64,000 bases of DNA, from NCBI GenBank assembly GCA_963677925.2, contig CAXXYH010000003.1, positions 1,088,001-1,152,000 on the forward strand, written 5' to 3'. How positions within the stretch are numbered: the stretch's first letter is position 1; each line of letters begins with the position of its first letter. This DNA is from Spirochaetia bacterium (GTDB taxonomy: Bacteria; Spirochaetota; Spirochaetia; UBA9216). Under the pieces are notes generated by a model, which was not told the origin of the DNA, searched no databases, and was given only the letters and a program-made list of their open reading frames with translations. The translations under genes and the position numbers were made by a program. Shown here piece after piece: positions 9,401 to 18,749 of the stretch.

Positions 9401-10372
9401 GTGGTTGAAAAAATAAATGAAAGATTATCCGGCAGAAGAATATCAACAATTTTAAAAGACAACGGAGTCTTAATTGTATTACTGGGAATTATTATTGTTC
9501 TATCATTTGCATCGCCCTACTTCCTGCAAATCGGAAATATTATGGATGTGGCTAAACAGGCGGCTATCAATGGAATTATCGCGCTGGGTATGACCTATGT
9601 CATAACTACCGGAGGTATTGATCTTTCAGTTGGTTCTACCTGGGCATTAAGCGGAGTTACTGCGGCGCTACTCATGAAAGCAGGAATTCCATGGCCTCTT
9701 GCTCTTATCGCCTGTATAATAGTCGGCTGTATATGCGGATATCTTTCCGGATTACTGATCACAAAGGGAAAACTTCAGCCCTTTATTGCAACCCTTGCAA
9801 CCATGAATGTATACCGCGGACTTGCACTGATAATCACAGGGGGCTACACAATTTACGGACTTCCGCAGTCTTTCAGAACTATAGGCGGAGGAACTGTTTT
9901 ACAGTTTATACCGATGGCAGTAATTATTTTCCTTTTTATCTATATAATCTCATGGCTTATTTTCAGCCATCAGGTTTTCGGAAGATACTTGACTGCTATA
10001 GGAAATAACAGGGAAGCCGCCCGCCTCACAGGTATAAATGTGAATAAAATGATTACTCTATCTTATATGTATTCCGGACTTCTTTGCGCAATAGGCGGCG
10101 GTATTGTGGCGACATCAAGACTTGGAGCCGCAGAACCAACTATTGGCAGCGGCGCTGAACTTAATGCAATTGCTGCAGTGGTAATAGGCGGTACTTCAAT
10201 GGCAGGCGGTGAAACAAAAATTCGTGGAACCTTATTTGGTGCAATTTTATTAAGTGCAATCAACAATGGGCTGACACTCCTTAATGTACCTACTTACTAC
10301 AAGATTGCTGTAATCGGTCTGATCATCATAATTGCAATGCTCGTTGATTCATTCAGCAGAGCTGAAAAATAA
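9401..10372 (+). CDS. Sugar ABC transporter permease (RbsC type)
   Basis: GGIDLSVG, FIATLA, AIGNNREAARLTGI, IAAVVIGGTS; GTG start after GGAGA. Confidence 0.95.
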   Translation: MVEKINERLSGRRISTILKDNGVLIVLLGIIIVLSFASPYFLQIGNIMDVAKQAAINGIIALGMTYVITTGGIDLSVGSTWALSGVTAALLMKAGIPWPLALIACIIVGCICGYLSGLLITKGKLQPFIATLATMNVYRGLALIITGGYTIYGLPQSFRTIGGGTVLQFIPMAVIIFLFIYIISWLIFSHQVFGRYLTAIGNNREAARLTGINVNKMITLSYMYSGLLCAIGGGIVATSRLGAAEPTIGSGAELNAIAAVVIGGTSMAGGETKIRGTLFGAILLSAINNGLTLLNVPTYYKIAVIGLIIIIAMLVDSFSRAEK

Positions 10373-10426
10373 AATTGGTTGATTAAATTCCAGCTAAAAC
10401 TGGAAAATTATTTAAGGAGGAAGCAA

Positions 10427-11506
10427 ATGAGGAAAGTTGCTTTCATAGCAGTATTATTACTGTTGACTTGTCTGACTTTTACTTGGGCAGGAGGAAATCA
10501 GGAAACTAAATCAGTACCTGCAACAGGAAGTGTTGCATTCTTGGATGACTCAGAAGGTCTTGTTAATGGAGAATTCCTGGACGGCGTACCTAAACCCAGC
10601 AAGAATTATAAAATTGCAAACATCACACGAACACTCCTGAACGCTCACTGGATTAAAAACGGTGAAGGATTTGAAGCTGCAGGTGCACATTACGGAGTGA
10701 CCGCAGATGTATTCGCAGTTCAGTCTGAACAGGACGTAATGGATCAGGCAAACATTCTTGATACAGTAATTGAAAAAGGATACGACGCAATTGTCTGCTC
10801 TCCGATTACGGAACAGAATCTGCTTCCCGGCCTTTCTAAAGCCAGTGCAGCAGGTATAGTAATTGTTAATGTCGATACAGCAGCAATTACAAAAGCTGAT
10901 GCAAAGCTTAATAACATTGAAATTACAACATTTATTGGTTCTGATAACTATGATGCAGGTGTTATGGCAGCTGATTACATAAGTAAACAGCTCGGCAGCA
11001 AATCAGGCAAGGTTGCAATTATTGAAGGTAATCCTGCTGATACATGTGCTGTTGACAGAACAGGCGGTTTCGCCAACAGAGCAAAAGAACTCTCAAACCT
11101 TACACTTGTAGCTTCACAGACTGCAAAATGGGACAGACTCCAGGCTCTTGATGTCACAACAAGTATCCTCCGTGCTAATCCTGATATTCGGGGTATTTAT
11201 TGCAACAACGACACCATGGTTCTTGGTGCAATGCAGGCAGCTCAGGATCTAGGATATGAAATACTTACCAGCGATACTCTTAATAAAGCAGGACAGGATA
11301 AGACTCTGCTGCTCATAGGTAATGACGGAGTAGCCGAAGCTCTTGAGGCTGTTCAGAATGGTGCTCTTACCGGTACCATCGCTCAGAAACCCTACCTTAT
11401 GGGATATGCAGCAGTAGAAGCAGCAATCATGAAACTGGAAGGTAAAACACCTGAAAGTCTGATTGCAACACCAATCAAGCTAGTTGTTAAGAGCGACTAT
11501 AAATAA
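10427..11506 (+). CDS. Sugar/polyol ABC substrate-binding protein (RbsB family)
   Basis: Signal peptide ending TWA-GGNQE; FIGSDNYDAG, NNDTMVLGA, AQKPYLMGY; ATG 10427 after AAGGAGG. Confidence 0.93.
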   Translation: MRKVAFIAVLLLLTCLTFTWAGGNQETKSVPATGSVAFLDDSEGLVNGEFLDGVPKPSKNYKIANITRTLLNAHWIKNGEGFEAAGAHYGVTADVFAVQSEQDVMDQANILDTVIEKGYDAIVCSPITEQNLLPGLSKASAAGIVIVNVDTAAITKADAKLNNIEITTFIGSDNYDAGVMAADYISKQLGSKSGKVAIIEGNPADTCAVDRTGGFANRAKELSNLTLVASQTAKWDRLQALDVTTSILRANPDIRGIYCNNDTMVLGAMQAAQDLGYEILTSDTLNKAGQDKTLLLIGNDGVAEALEAVQNGALTGTIAQKPYLMGYAAVEAAIMKLEGKTPESLIATPIKLVVKSDYK

Positions 11507-11530
11507 GATTATTTACCAGAAGTAAAAGTA

Positions 11531-11562
11531 CAGAAGGGATGGCAGCAATGTCATCCCTTCTG
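11531..11562. terminator. Stem-loop between convergent genes, probable terminator
   Basis: CAGAAGGGATGGCA-GCAA-TGTCATCCCTTCTG, a 14-bp stem. Confidence 0.7.
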
Positions 11563-11616
11563 ATTGCAACCTGTCATTGTGTTCGAATTTACCTGATATA
11601 ATATGTCGGAAAGTCA

Positions 11617-12216
11617 TCAGCTATGAATCGACAGTCCATAATCAATTTTTTTGATGCATGAAATCATTTTTAATTCCAGATTGTAAGACCCATTGTGCAT
11701 ACACCAGTCAAAAGCAAAACCTCGGGCAATTATCAGCAGATTATTTGCAACAATATTAGGGTTAAAATAAATTAATCCGTTTTCATTATTAGATGAAGAT
11801 ACAATTATAGCTTCAATTCTACGGATTAAATAATGTTCAATATTAAAAATCATTTTATTGTCATAATTCAATATCTGTCTTATATAATAGACTCCGCTGT
11901 CTTTAATAAACTTTGCATATCTTGAAAAAAACAAAACGATTTTTTCCTGAGCGGTAACAGCCCTTTCGATATTTGTGCAAAACGCCTCTTCTTCAAATAT
12001 TTCATATATCCTGTAAAGCAGTTCCTGAACCGCCTCATCCTTGGATTTATAATGATGATAAAACGCTCCCACAGAAATATTTATTTTCTGTACAATATCC
12101 TGAACAGTGAAATTATCTAAACCGTTTTCTTCAATAAGTTCTTTTACAGAATCAGAAATTGATCTTTTTGTTTTTTCCGCCTGTATTTTTCTTTTTGATA
12201 CAACTGCAACAGCCAC
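11617..12216 (-). CDS. TetR/AcrR family regulator
   Basis: FTVQDIVQKINISVGAFYHHYKSKDE helix-turn-helix. Confidence 0.92.
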   Translation of the reverse strand: MAVAVVSKRKIQAEKTKRSISDSVKELIEENGLDNFTVQDIVQKINISVGAFYHHYKSKDEAVQELLYRIYEIFEEEAFCTNIERAVTAQEKIVLFFSRYAKFIKDSGVYYIRQILNYDNKMIFNIEHYLIRRIEAIIVSSSNNENGLIYFNPNIVANNLLIIARGFAFDWCMHNGSYNLELKMISCIKKIDYGLSIHS

Positions 12217-12261
12217 ACTCTTACTCCATAATCAGGATTTTAATTTCATATCAGGAACCAG

Positions 12262-13254
12262 TTATCTGAAAAAACGTTTCCCGTATGATTGCAATTCATC
12301 TTCATATATCATTTTTACATCCGGAAATATAGGAACTATATTGGGAATACACGGAATAAAATTCCCCTGGGGTACATATAAATCGATGCATCTTCTGACT
12401 TCGTCTCTTATTACGGGTTCATCGAAATCAGGCCGATCGATAACGGGGGCATCAATACCGCCGATCAGAGCCATTCTTCCATTTATAATATTTTGAATTT
12501 CCTGAATATTGTTCTGTGGAATTATCCCCTGCCAGCCGTCAATTCCCATCTCAACCATATCTTCAACAATCGGTTCGCATATACTGTCTGAATGATGAAG
12601 GAAGATAACCCCGCGTGATTTAACATAACTGACGATCTCCTGATGGTGTGGTTTAATCAGACTCCTCCAAACTTCCGGAGGGAGAAACAGGTTGTCTTTA
12701 CTGCCCCAGTCATCATGATATAGAATTACATCCGGTTTAATATTGTCGATTACCTGTTTAAGATGCTCAATTTTCCACTTCTTTATTTCTCCGATTAAAT
12801 CAAACATATGCTCCTGCTCAAGCATATAATTTACAAGCGCATCCTCGAATCCCATCAGGTAATGGGTCCTTTCAAAAAGTCCGCTGGAGATCATGCTGCA
12901 GACAAGATATTCGGAACGATCTATTTTACCCGAGCTTTCTATTGCAGAACTCCAGTTGTGCCCGGAGAGAGGCGGAAGGAGCAAATCATCCTTCCACCTT
13001 TTAATATCTTTAATTGCTTTATTTTCACTGTTGACTATCGGAGTTCCACCGAGATGGCCTTCGGCCATCTTCCAGGTTACTCCAAATTGATCCGGATACT
13101 CTCCAACTCTCCTGTTTCCTTTACTTGTGACTGTAATAGGATCCTGTATAAATTTATTGTGAAACGTGTCGCCCTTAAAAGCTTCCCAGGGTTCTGCAAT
13201 CCATCCGGGGGCTTCATTTTTCAGCAGCCTAAGCCAATTTTCTTTTTTAGTCAT
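12262..13254 (-). CDS. Uroporphyrinogen decarboxylase (URO-D)/MtaA-CmuA methyltransferase family protein
   Basis: DQFGVTW, GLFER...MGFEDAL, HDDWG, HHSDS, GGID, CIPN (His and Cys possible Zn ligands). Confidence 0.85.
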   Translation of the reverse strand: MTKKENWLRLLKNEAPGWIAEPWEAFKGDTFHNKFIQDPITVTSKGNRRVGEYPDQFGVTWKMAEGHLGGTPIVNSENKAIKDIKRWKDDLLLPPLSGHNWSSAIESSGKIDRSEYLVCSMISSGLFERTHYLMGFEDALVNYMLEQEHMFDLIGEIKKWKIEHLKQVIDNIKPDVILYHDDWGSKDNLFLPPEVWRSLIKPHHQEIVSYVKSRGVIFLHHSDSICEPIVEDMVEMGIDGWQGIIPQNNIQEIQNIINGRMALIGGIDAPVIDRPDFDEPVIRDEVRRCIDLYVPQGNFIPCIPNIVPIFPDVKMIYEDELQSYGKRFFR

Positions 13255-13273
13255 CTTATACTCCGCTTTACTG

Positions 13274-14569
13274 CTAAATTAAAAGAAGTGTAATTGCAGG
13301 AAAGGCTACTAACAGTACAACTCTAACAACATCAGCAAAAACAAACGGTATTACACTTTTATAGATCTCACCGGTGGTAGCTTCCTTTTCAAAAAGTCCC
13401 TTCATCATGAAAAGGTTCATACCTACTGGAGGGGTCACAACTGCGAGCTCAGCCATTATGGCAACAATTACACCAAACCAAATTCCGCTGTATCCAAGAA
13501 CCTGTGTGAAGATTGGATAGAGGAAGGGAACAATAAGTACAATCGTAGAAGTTACAGGCATAACAAATCCAAGAAGGAAAAGTACGAGAAGAGACAATAT
13601 GACAACTACAATGTTCGGCAGGTTATTGGCTGTAATCAGATCAATCAGCCAGATATTCAATCCGCTTAATGCCATTAAACGGGAAAATATTACCGAACCG
13701 ATGATAATGCTGAATGCCATACAGCTTAATTTCACAGTATCGACAAGGCATTTCTTTATTACCAACCAGTCAAAGCCCTTCTTCGAAATCATGATTATAA
13801 GCGCACCGATAGCTCCTATTGCAGAAGCTTCTGTTGGAGAGAAAACTCCAAGATAAATCCCGCCGATAACAAGAACCATAAGAACCAGCATTCCCCATGT
13901 TCCTTTCAGGCTGGCAAGTTTCTGCATGAAGGTAGTCTTTTCCCCCCTGGGACCTTTCCATTTTCCTAATGAAATTAAAAGTATTATTACAAGACAGTAA
14001 AGAATTGCTTCAAGTGCTCCGGGAATAATACCGGCAATAAAAAGTTTGCCTATTGATTCATCTGTAATACTACCGTATACGATAAATGAAATACTTGGAG
14101 GAATCATGCTTCCCAGAGTTGCCGAGCAGCAGATTGTTCCAAGTGACAGCTCTTTACTATAACCATGTTCTTTCATTGGACCATAGGATACTGGTCCGAA
14201 AACCAGCATTCCGGAACTGCTTGAACCGGTACAGGCAGCAAACCCGGCACAACCCCAGATTGTAGCGAAAGCTAATCCACCCGGAAGTCTGCCCAGCCAT
14301 GCTGATGCAGTTTTATATAAATCAGAACCAATACCGGAATGATTTGCAAACATACCCATCAGTACAAATAATGGAACTGCCATCAGTTCATAACTTGTAC
14401 CCTGTGTCCATGCTGAGATTGACAGATAGCTTAATGCAGGATGAAATCCCAGCAAGGCTACAAGACCTGCAAATCCGGTCAGCATAAATGCAAATGCTAT
14501 AGGCATTCGGCTGAATATCAGAATAAATAAAACTATTAAAGCGATTAGACCAATTGTAAATGGTTCCAT
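13274..14569 (-). CDS. dctM: TRAP transporter large permease (DctM family)
   Basis: AVPLFVLMG, GSMIPPS, SIGKLFIAGIIPG, TPPVGMNLF. Confidence 0.94.
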   Translation of the reverse strand: MEPFTIGLIALIVLFILIFSRMPIAFAFMLTGFAGLVALLGFHPALSYLSISAWTQGTSYELMAVPLFVLMGMFANHSGIGSDLYKTASAWLGRLPGGLAFATIWGCAGFAACTGSSSSGMLVFGPVSYGPMKEHGYSKELSLGTICCSATLGSMIPPSISFIVYGSITDESIGKLFIAGIIPGALEAILYCLVIILLISLGKWKGPRGEKTTFMQKLASLKGTWGMLVLMVLVIGGIYLGVFSPTEASAIGAIGALIIMISKKGFDWLVIKKCLVDTVKLSCMAFSIIIGSVIFSRLMALSGLNIWLIDLITANNLPNIVVVILSLLVLFLLGFVMPVTSTIVLIVPFLYPIFTQVLGYSGIWFGVIVAIMAELAVVTPPVGMNLFMMKGLFEKEATTGEIYKSVIPFVFADVVRVVLLVAFPAITLLLI

Positions 14570-14571
14570 TG

Positions 14572-15057
14572 CTATTCACACTCCTTAAAGCTGCAGTTTT
14601 CGATTAAATCGATAAAAAATTGTAGAACCATGGCAACAGAACCAATCAGCATAAATGACTTTATAGGCCAAACCGGAAGTCCAAGCATATCAGTAGTTTC
14701 ATGTAAAGCCATGCTGTCTTTTATAAAAATTATTGACTGCCAGCCCATAAAGAAAAATAAAGCAAGTCCAAGAATCGGCATCAAGACATTCAATATTTTC
14801 TTTGTCAGCTCAGGCATTTTGTTATATACAACATCAATTTCAATGTGAAATTTTTCAGATTGGGTAAATCCCCACCCTAGAAATACAATCGTTGCCATAC
14901 ATAATTCTGAAAGCTCAAATGCACCTATAAGGGGTTTGCCCAGCACATATCTGCCGAAAACATCTATTCCTGTAATTGCCATTACGAAAATCAATGAAAA
15001 AGCAGCTATTGTACTTAAGACTTTTCTATTGAAAAAGTTAACAATTTTCTTGAACAT
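14572..15057 (-). CDS. dctQ: TRAP transporter small permease (DctQ family)
   Basis: Four TM segments; DVFGRY..PL.G..E and HI.ID motifs; lies between dctP and dctM. Confidence 0.92.
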   Translation of the reverse strand: MFKKIVNFFNRKVLSTIAAFSLIFVMAITGIDVFGRYVLGKPLIGAFELSELCMATIVFLGWGFTQSEKFHIEIDVVYNKMPELTKKILNVLMPILGLALFFFMGWQSIIFIKDSMALHETTDMLGLPVWPIKSFMLIGSVAMVLQFFIDLIENCSFKECE

Positions 15058-15079
15058 GCTTATTATCTCCAGATAGTAT

Positions 15080-16165
15080 TTAGTTCAGTTTGGGGGGCTT
15101 CTCGCCCAATGATTCAAGTATTTCTATAAATCTGTTTACAAGTTTATCTCCATCATAACCTTTAGAGTTCAAATCTTTTATGTAGGATTTCCAGATAGGA
15201 GCAGCTGTGGCTTTCAAGTCATCAAGATCAGATTCCTTCCAGTTATAAACTTCGATATTATTCTCTGCAAGAACATTATATGCTTCAATATCCTGATCCA
15301 GTCCGGACTGCATATATATAAATGCATATTCGTGAAAAACATCTTTTATTGTTTCCTGAATATCTTCAGGCAGACTGTTAAACTTTGCTTTATTCATAGC
15401 ATTAGTACCGTTTGCCATAGCGTAAAAACCTACGTCCAGCAAAGCTTCGCATTCCAGTTCATAGAATTTGTATTTAATAACTGAACTTGCAGGATGTACC
15501 CAGACATCTACAAGGCCTGTCTGCCAGGATGTGTATGCATCACTTATTGCAATATTCACTGGAACCATACCTATTGACTCTTCCCATTTTGTTGCAAGCC
15601 CACCGGGAGCTCTTGCTTTCAATCCTTTTAATTCTTTAACATTCATAGGTTTACTTGATCTAAACATAAACCTGTATGAAGGTGTTGAATGAAAGCCGAG
15701 CCATTCTACTTCATCCCACATGTCATCAAAATATCCCTCTTCAGTCAGGGTATACATAGCTTTCATCAGATTGCGTGGGTCCTGAGCGGCAAAGGGAAGA
15801 TTGGCAACATCAGCAAGCGGAAACTTGCCTGGTACATAAGGCGTTGCAAAATCGGTTACATCAGCAATTCCATCTCTAATTAGATTATACTGGTCCGAAG
15901 ACTTGCCAAGCGCGCTTGACCAGTAAACTTTAAATTCAACACGGCCCTGTGTTCTTTCTGTAATTTCATCAAGCATCGGTGTCAGCCAGATTACCGACTG
16001 GGGATCATTAGGCGGCCTGTTTGTTGCATATGACAACACTATCGGTTTATCACTTGTGACCCCAGCGCCTTCCTGATCACCATTTGCAAATACACCTGAA
16101 CTAATACTTAGAGTTAAAAGTATTAGACAGATGAATACTTTTCTAAAATCCTGTCCTTTCAACAT
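15080..16165 (-). CDS. dctP: TRAP substrate-binding protein (DctP family)
   Basis: Signal peptide ending VFA-NGDQE; TQGRVEF, LPF, LKGLKAR, Y.SWQTG.VD; ATG 16165 after GGAGGA. Confidence 0.92.
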   Translation of the reverse strand: MLKGQDFRKVFICLILLTLSISSGVFANGDQEGAGVTSDKPIVLSYATNRPPNDPQSVIWLTPMLDEITERTQGRVEFKVYWSSALGKSSDQYNLIRDGIADVTDFATPYVPGKFPLADVANLPFAAQDPRNLMKAMYTLTEEGYFDDMWDEVEWLGFHSTPSYRFMFRSSKPMNVKELKGLKARAPGGLATKWEESIGMVPVNIAISDAYTSWQTGLVDVWVHPASSVIKYKFYELECEALLDVGFYAMANGTNAMNKAKFNSLPEDIQETIKDVFHEYAFIYMQSGLDQDIEAYNVLAENNIEVYNWKESDLDDLKATAAPIWKSYIKDLNSKGYDGDKLVNRFIEILESLGEKPPKLN

Positions 16166-16403
16166 AAATATTCCTCCATTCCTTTTTTTCAAGCATCAAC
16201 TTCTTTTTAGTGTTGGTCGTATGCTTAATTTTGTGAGATATTATCAGCGAAATTTTTTGCTGTCAAATTTTATTTTTCATAAATTTTTAATTTTTGTAAC
16301 AAATTTTTAATTTTAAATGGAATCCGGAGGTCGAATTTTTTACATTAATTTATTATCTCATCAGAAGTTAAAACAAGATCTTTCACAGTTATTTTTATTT
16401 TAA

Positions 16404-17282
16404 TTATATTTTTATAAATTTATTTTCAATTTCCCTGCTCACTTCAAGAACAAGCGGGTTTTCCATATTTTCCCTTCTCACACATAATATTCCAACATGT
16501 GAACCCGCAATTGGTATATCTTTGAAAATCAATGTGTCAGAATCACTTCCTTCAAAGTTTTTAGGTAAGATTGCGAACCCATGTCCGGATTCCAGATGCA
16601 CCAGCAAAGTAATCAAGTCATGGCATAAAAGTTTGTTTCGATAAGTTATTGAACTATCCCAGGCAATTGCCTCATTTTGTATCACACGCCTCGGCATCAT
16701 TAACCTGGTATCATTTTTTAAATCGCTGATACTGAAATCCGGCTTCTCCGACAAAGGATGTCGTTTAGAAAAAACAATATACAGTTTATCATTTCTCAGT
16801 ACATTAGTTTTAACAGAAGGCCAGGACTGCCAGTGATTAGATGTGGAAATACAGATATCAAGCTCTCCGTCATGGAGTCTGTTTTTTAAATTAGTTAAAT
16901 CATACAGCTTAATATCAAAATAAACTTCAGGATATTTTTCAGACAGGAAATCCATTATGGGTAGTATAATTTTCTTTCTTGAGAAGTATGCAAAAAAACC
17001 AATAGTGATTATTGAGTTTTTATCCTGTGTAACCCCATGTACTCTTTCCATCACTTCATCAATCTGAAAATTGATTTTAAAGAACTCATCTCTCAATATC
17101 TTTCCTGCAACAGTAAGAGTCACACTCCTGGTAGTTCTATAAAATAAAATTACCCCCAGTCTTTGTTCTAGAAAATTTATCTGCTTTGTCACAGCCTGCT
17201 GCGTTATACACAAACGTTCTGCAGCCTTGGTAAAACTTAAATAATTCGCGACTTCAAGAAAACACCTTATCTGATGATACAT
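16404..17282 (-). CDS. LysR family transcriptional regulator
   Basis: SFTKAAERLCITQQAVTKQINFLEQRLG..LF.RTTR.V.LT.AG. Confidence 0.95.
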   Translation of the reverse strand: MYHQIRCFLEVANYLSFTKAAERLCITQQAVTKQINFLEQRLGVILFYRTTRSVTLTVAGKILRDEFFKINFQIDEVMERVHGVTQDKNSIITIGFFAYFSRKKIILPIMDFLSEKYPEVYFDIKLYDLTNLKNRLHDGELDICISTSNHWQSWPSVKTNVLRNDKLYIVFSKRHPLSEKPDFSISDLKNDTRLMMPRRVIQNEAIAWDSSITYRNKLLCHDLITLLVHLESGHGFAILPKNFEGSDSDTLIFKDIPIAGSHVGILCVRRENMENPLVLEVSREIENKFIKI

Positions 17283-17291
17283 TTAACACCT

Positions 17292-17324
17292 CTTTTATTA
17301 ACAACTAGCGGTTGTTAATAAAAG
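17292..17324. promoter_or_regulatory. Perfect inverted repeat, probable LysR binding site
   Basis: CTTTTATTAACAAC-TAGCG-GTTGTTAATAAAAG, next to the lysR RBS in the divergent intergenic region. Confidence 0.6.
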
Positions 17325-17459
17325 TATAAGTTGTTTTATCTTTTTTGTTAAGAGATTTATACTCCAAAACATCAGTATGGTTCTGATTCTTCTTAGAGCC
17401 CCCGGAAAGCATACTGTTTACATATACAGCATACAAGAGCTATTTACTTAGGAGAAATT

Positions 17460-17921
17460 ATGAGCGAAACAAAATTCGGACACTTGATTCTTGAAGAGCC
17501 TTTCGGGAAATCAGTCCACTCAGAAATCATTCAGCCTATAATCAGTATAGGCAGGAAGGAACCGGTAAAACAGTGGGAAGGTTTTCCTTTCAACATGACA
17601 ATGGAGGCAATAACTACTCCGGTAAGCATGGGCGGTCATGGCCATACTCATGATTATGATGAGATACTTATGTTTTTCGGCGCGGATCCTATGAATTATC
17701 AGGATTTTCAGGCTGAAGCCTATATCATGCTCGGACCCGACAATGAAGAAAAGGAAAAACATATAATTAATAAAACATCTTTTATATGGATTCCCAAAGG
17801 ATTAATGCATTGCCCGCTTGTTTTTACTCGTATTGATTCACCAGTTGTTTTTGCATTTATTGAATTCACAGAAATCTATAAAGCCAACAAAAAACCGGAA
17901 GATTTAATCAAGCAGATGTAA
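17460..17921 (+). CDS. Cupin-fold metal-binding protein
   Basis: HTHDYDE (motif 1) and IPKGLMHCP (motif 2). Confidence 0.8.
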   Translation: MSETKFGHLILEEPFGKSVHSEIIQPIISIGRKEPVKQWEGFPFNMTMEAITTPVSMGGHGHTHDYDEILMFFGADPMNYQDFQAEAYIMLGPDNEEKEKHIINKTSFIWIPKGLMHCPLVFTRIDSPVVFAFIEFTEIYKANKKPEDLIKQM

Positions 17922-17926
17922 TTACT

Positions 17927-17955
17927 TCAAACTCCGTATTTTATACGGAGTTTGA
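17927..17955 (+). terminator. Stem-loop after the cupin gene (terminator or mRNA-stabilising hairpin)
   Basis: TCAAACTCCGTAT-TTT-ATACGGAGTTTGA, a perfect 13-bp stem. Confidence 0.6.
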
Positions 17956-17977
17956 TACTACCCATCAAGGATCAGCT

Positions 17978-18733
17978 ATGAATAATACAGACTTTTCAAT
18001 TTTTAATAATTTCTCATTTGAATACAAACCTATTGGAATTAAATTCCATCTTACTCAACCCAAAGATATTGAGTACCTTGATAAAAAACTTTCTTTCTGT
18101 GAAATGCTTAAAGAAGCCCAGATTTCAGATAAACCGTTTTATATAAAAAATGAAAACCACGAATGCAAAGCAGGCTCCATTGTTCTGGGAATGTCGGAGG
18201 CAGATCCGGTATTTGAGAGCGGACAAATAGGGCCTAGACTTGGGGTGTTTGAAGATACAAGAGCTAATGAAAAACTGTATATTGATCTTCCCAAAATTCA
18301 TACAAAAAGTATTAACTACGTATCATATACTCCGCTGGAGCATCTGAAGGAAGTTCCCGACTTACTGATCATTACAGCACCACCAAGTCAGGCAGAAATT
18401 CTATTAAGATCTTATAACTATAGAACAGGTGCATCCTGGAATGCAAAAGGTACTACTGTTGTCGGGTGCGCTTACCTTTATGCATATCCGTATATTAGCG
18501 GTGAACTCAATATTCTGATAAGCGGTCTTCATCATGGAATGAAGGCAAGAAACCTCTTCCCTGAAGGTTTGCTATTTTTATCAATTCCCTATAATTTAAT
18601 TCCTGAAATCACTGAAAATTTAAAAACAATTGACTGGGAACTACCTCAGTATTCATGGGGCAAGAAAGCTCATATCGAAAATATGAGCAGAATTATTAAT
18701 GAAGTAAATATTGAACTGCAGAATAGTAATTAA
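17978..18733 (+). CDS. DUF169 family protein
   Basis: PIGIKF, FCEM, C.AG...LG, PDLLII...P.QA, C...AYPY..G, LFLSIP pattern. Confidence 0.78.
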   Translation: MNNTDFSIFNNFSFEYKPIGIKFHLTQPKDIEYLDKKLSFCEMLKEAQISDKPFYIKNENHECKAGSIVLGMSEADPVFESGQIGPRLGVFEDTRANEKLYIDLPKIHTKSINYVSYTPLEHLKEVPDLLIITAPPSQAEILLRSYNYRTGASWNAKGTTVVGCAYLYAYPYISGELNILISGLHHGMKARNLFPEGLLFLSIPYNLIPEITENLKTIDWELPQYSWGKKAHIENMSRIINEVNIELQNSN

Positions 18734-18749
18734 CTTATTAAACACTATT

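Noticed and set aside
12262-13254. Call as hemE (haem biosynthesis)
   Set aside because: Lacks the HemE N-terminal RQAGR motif and sits in a transport/catabolic context.
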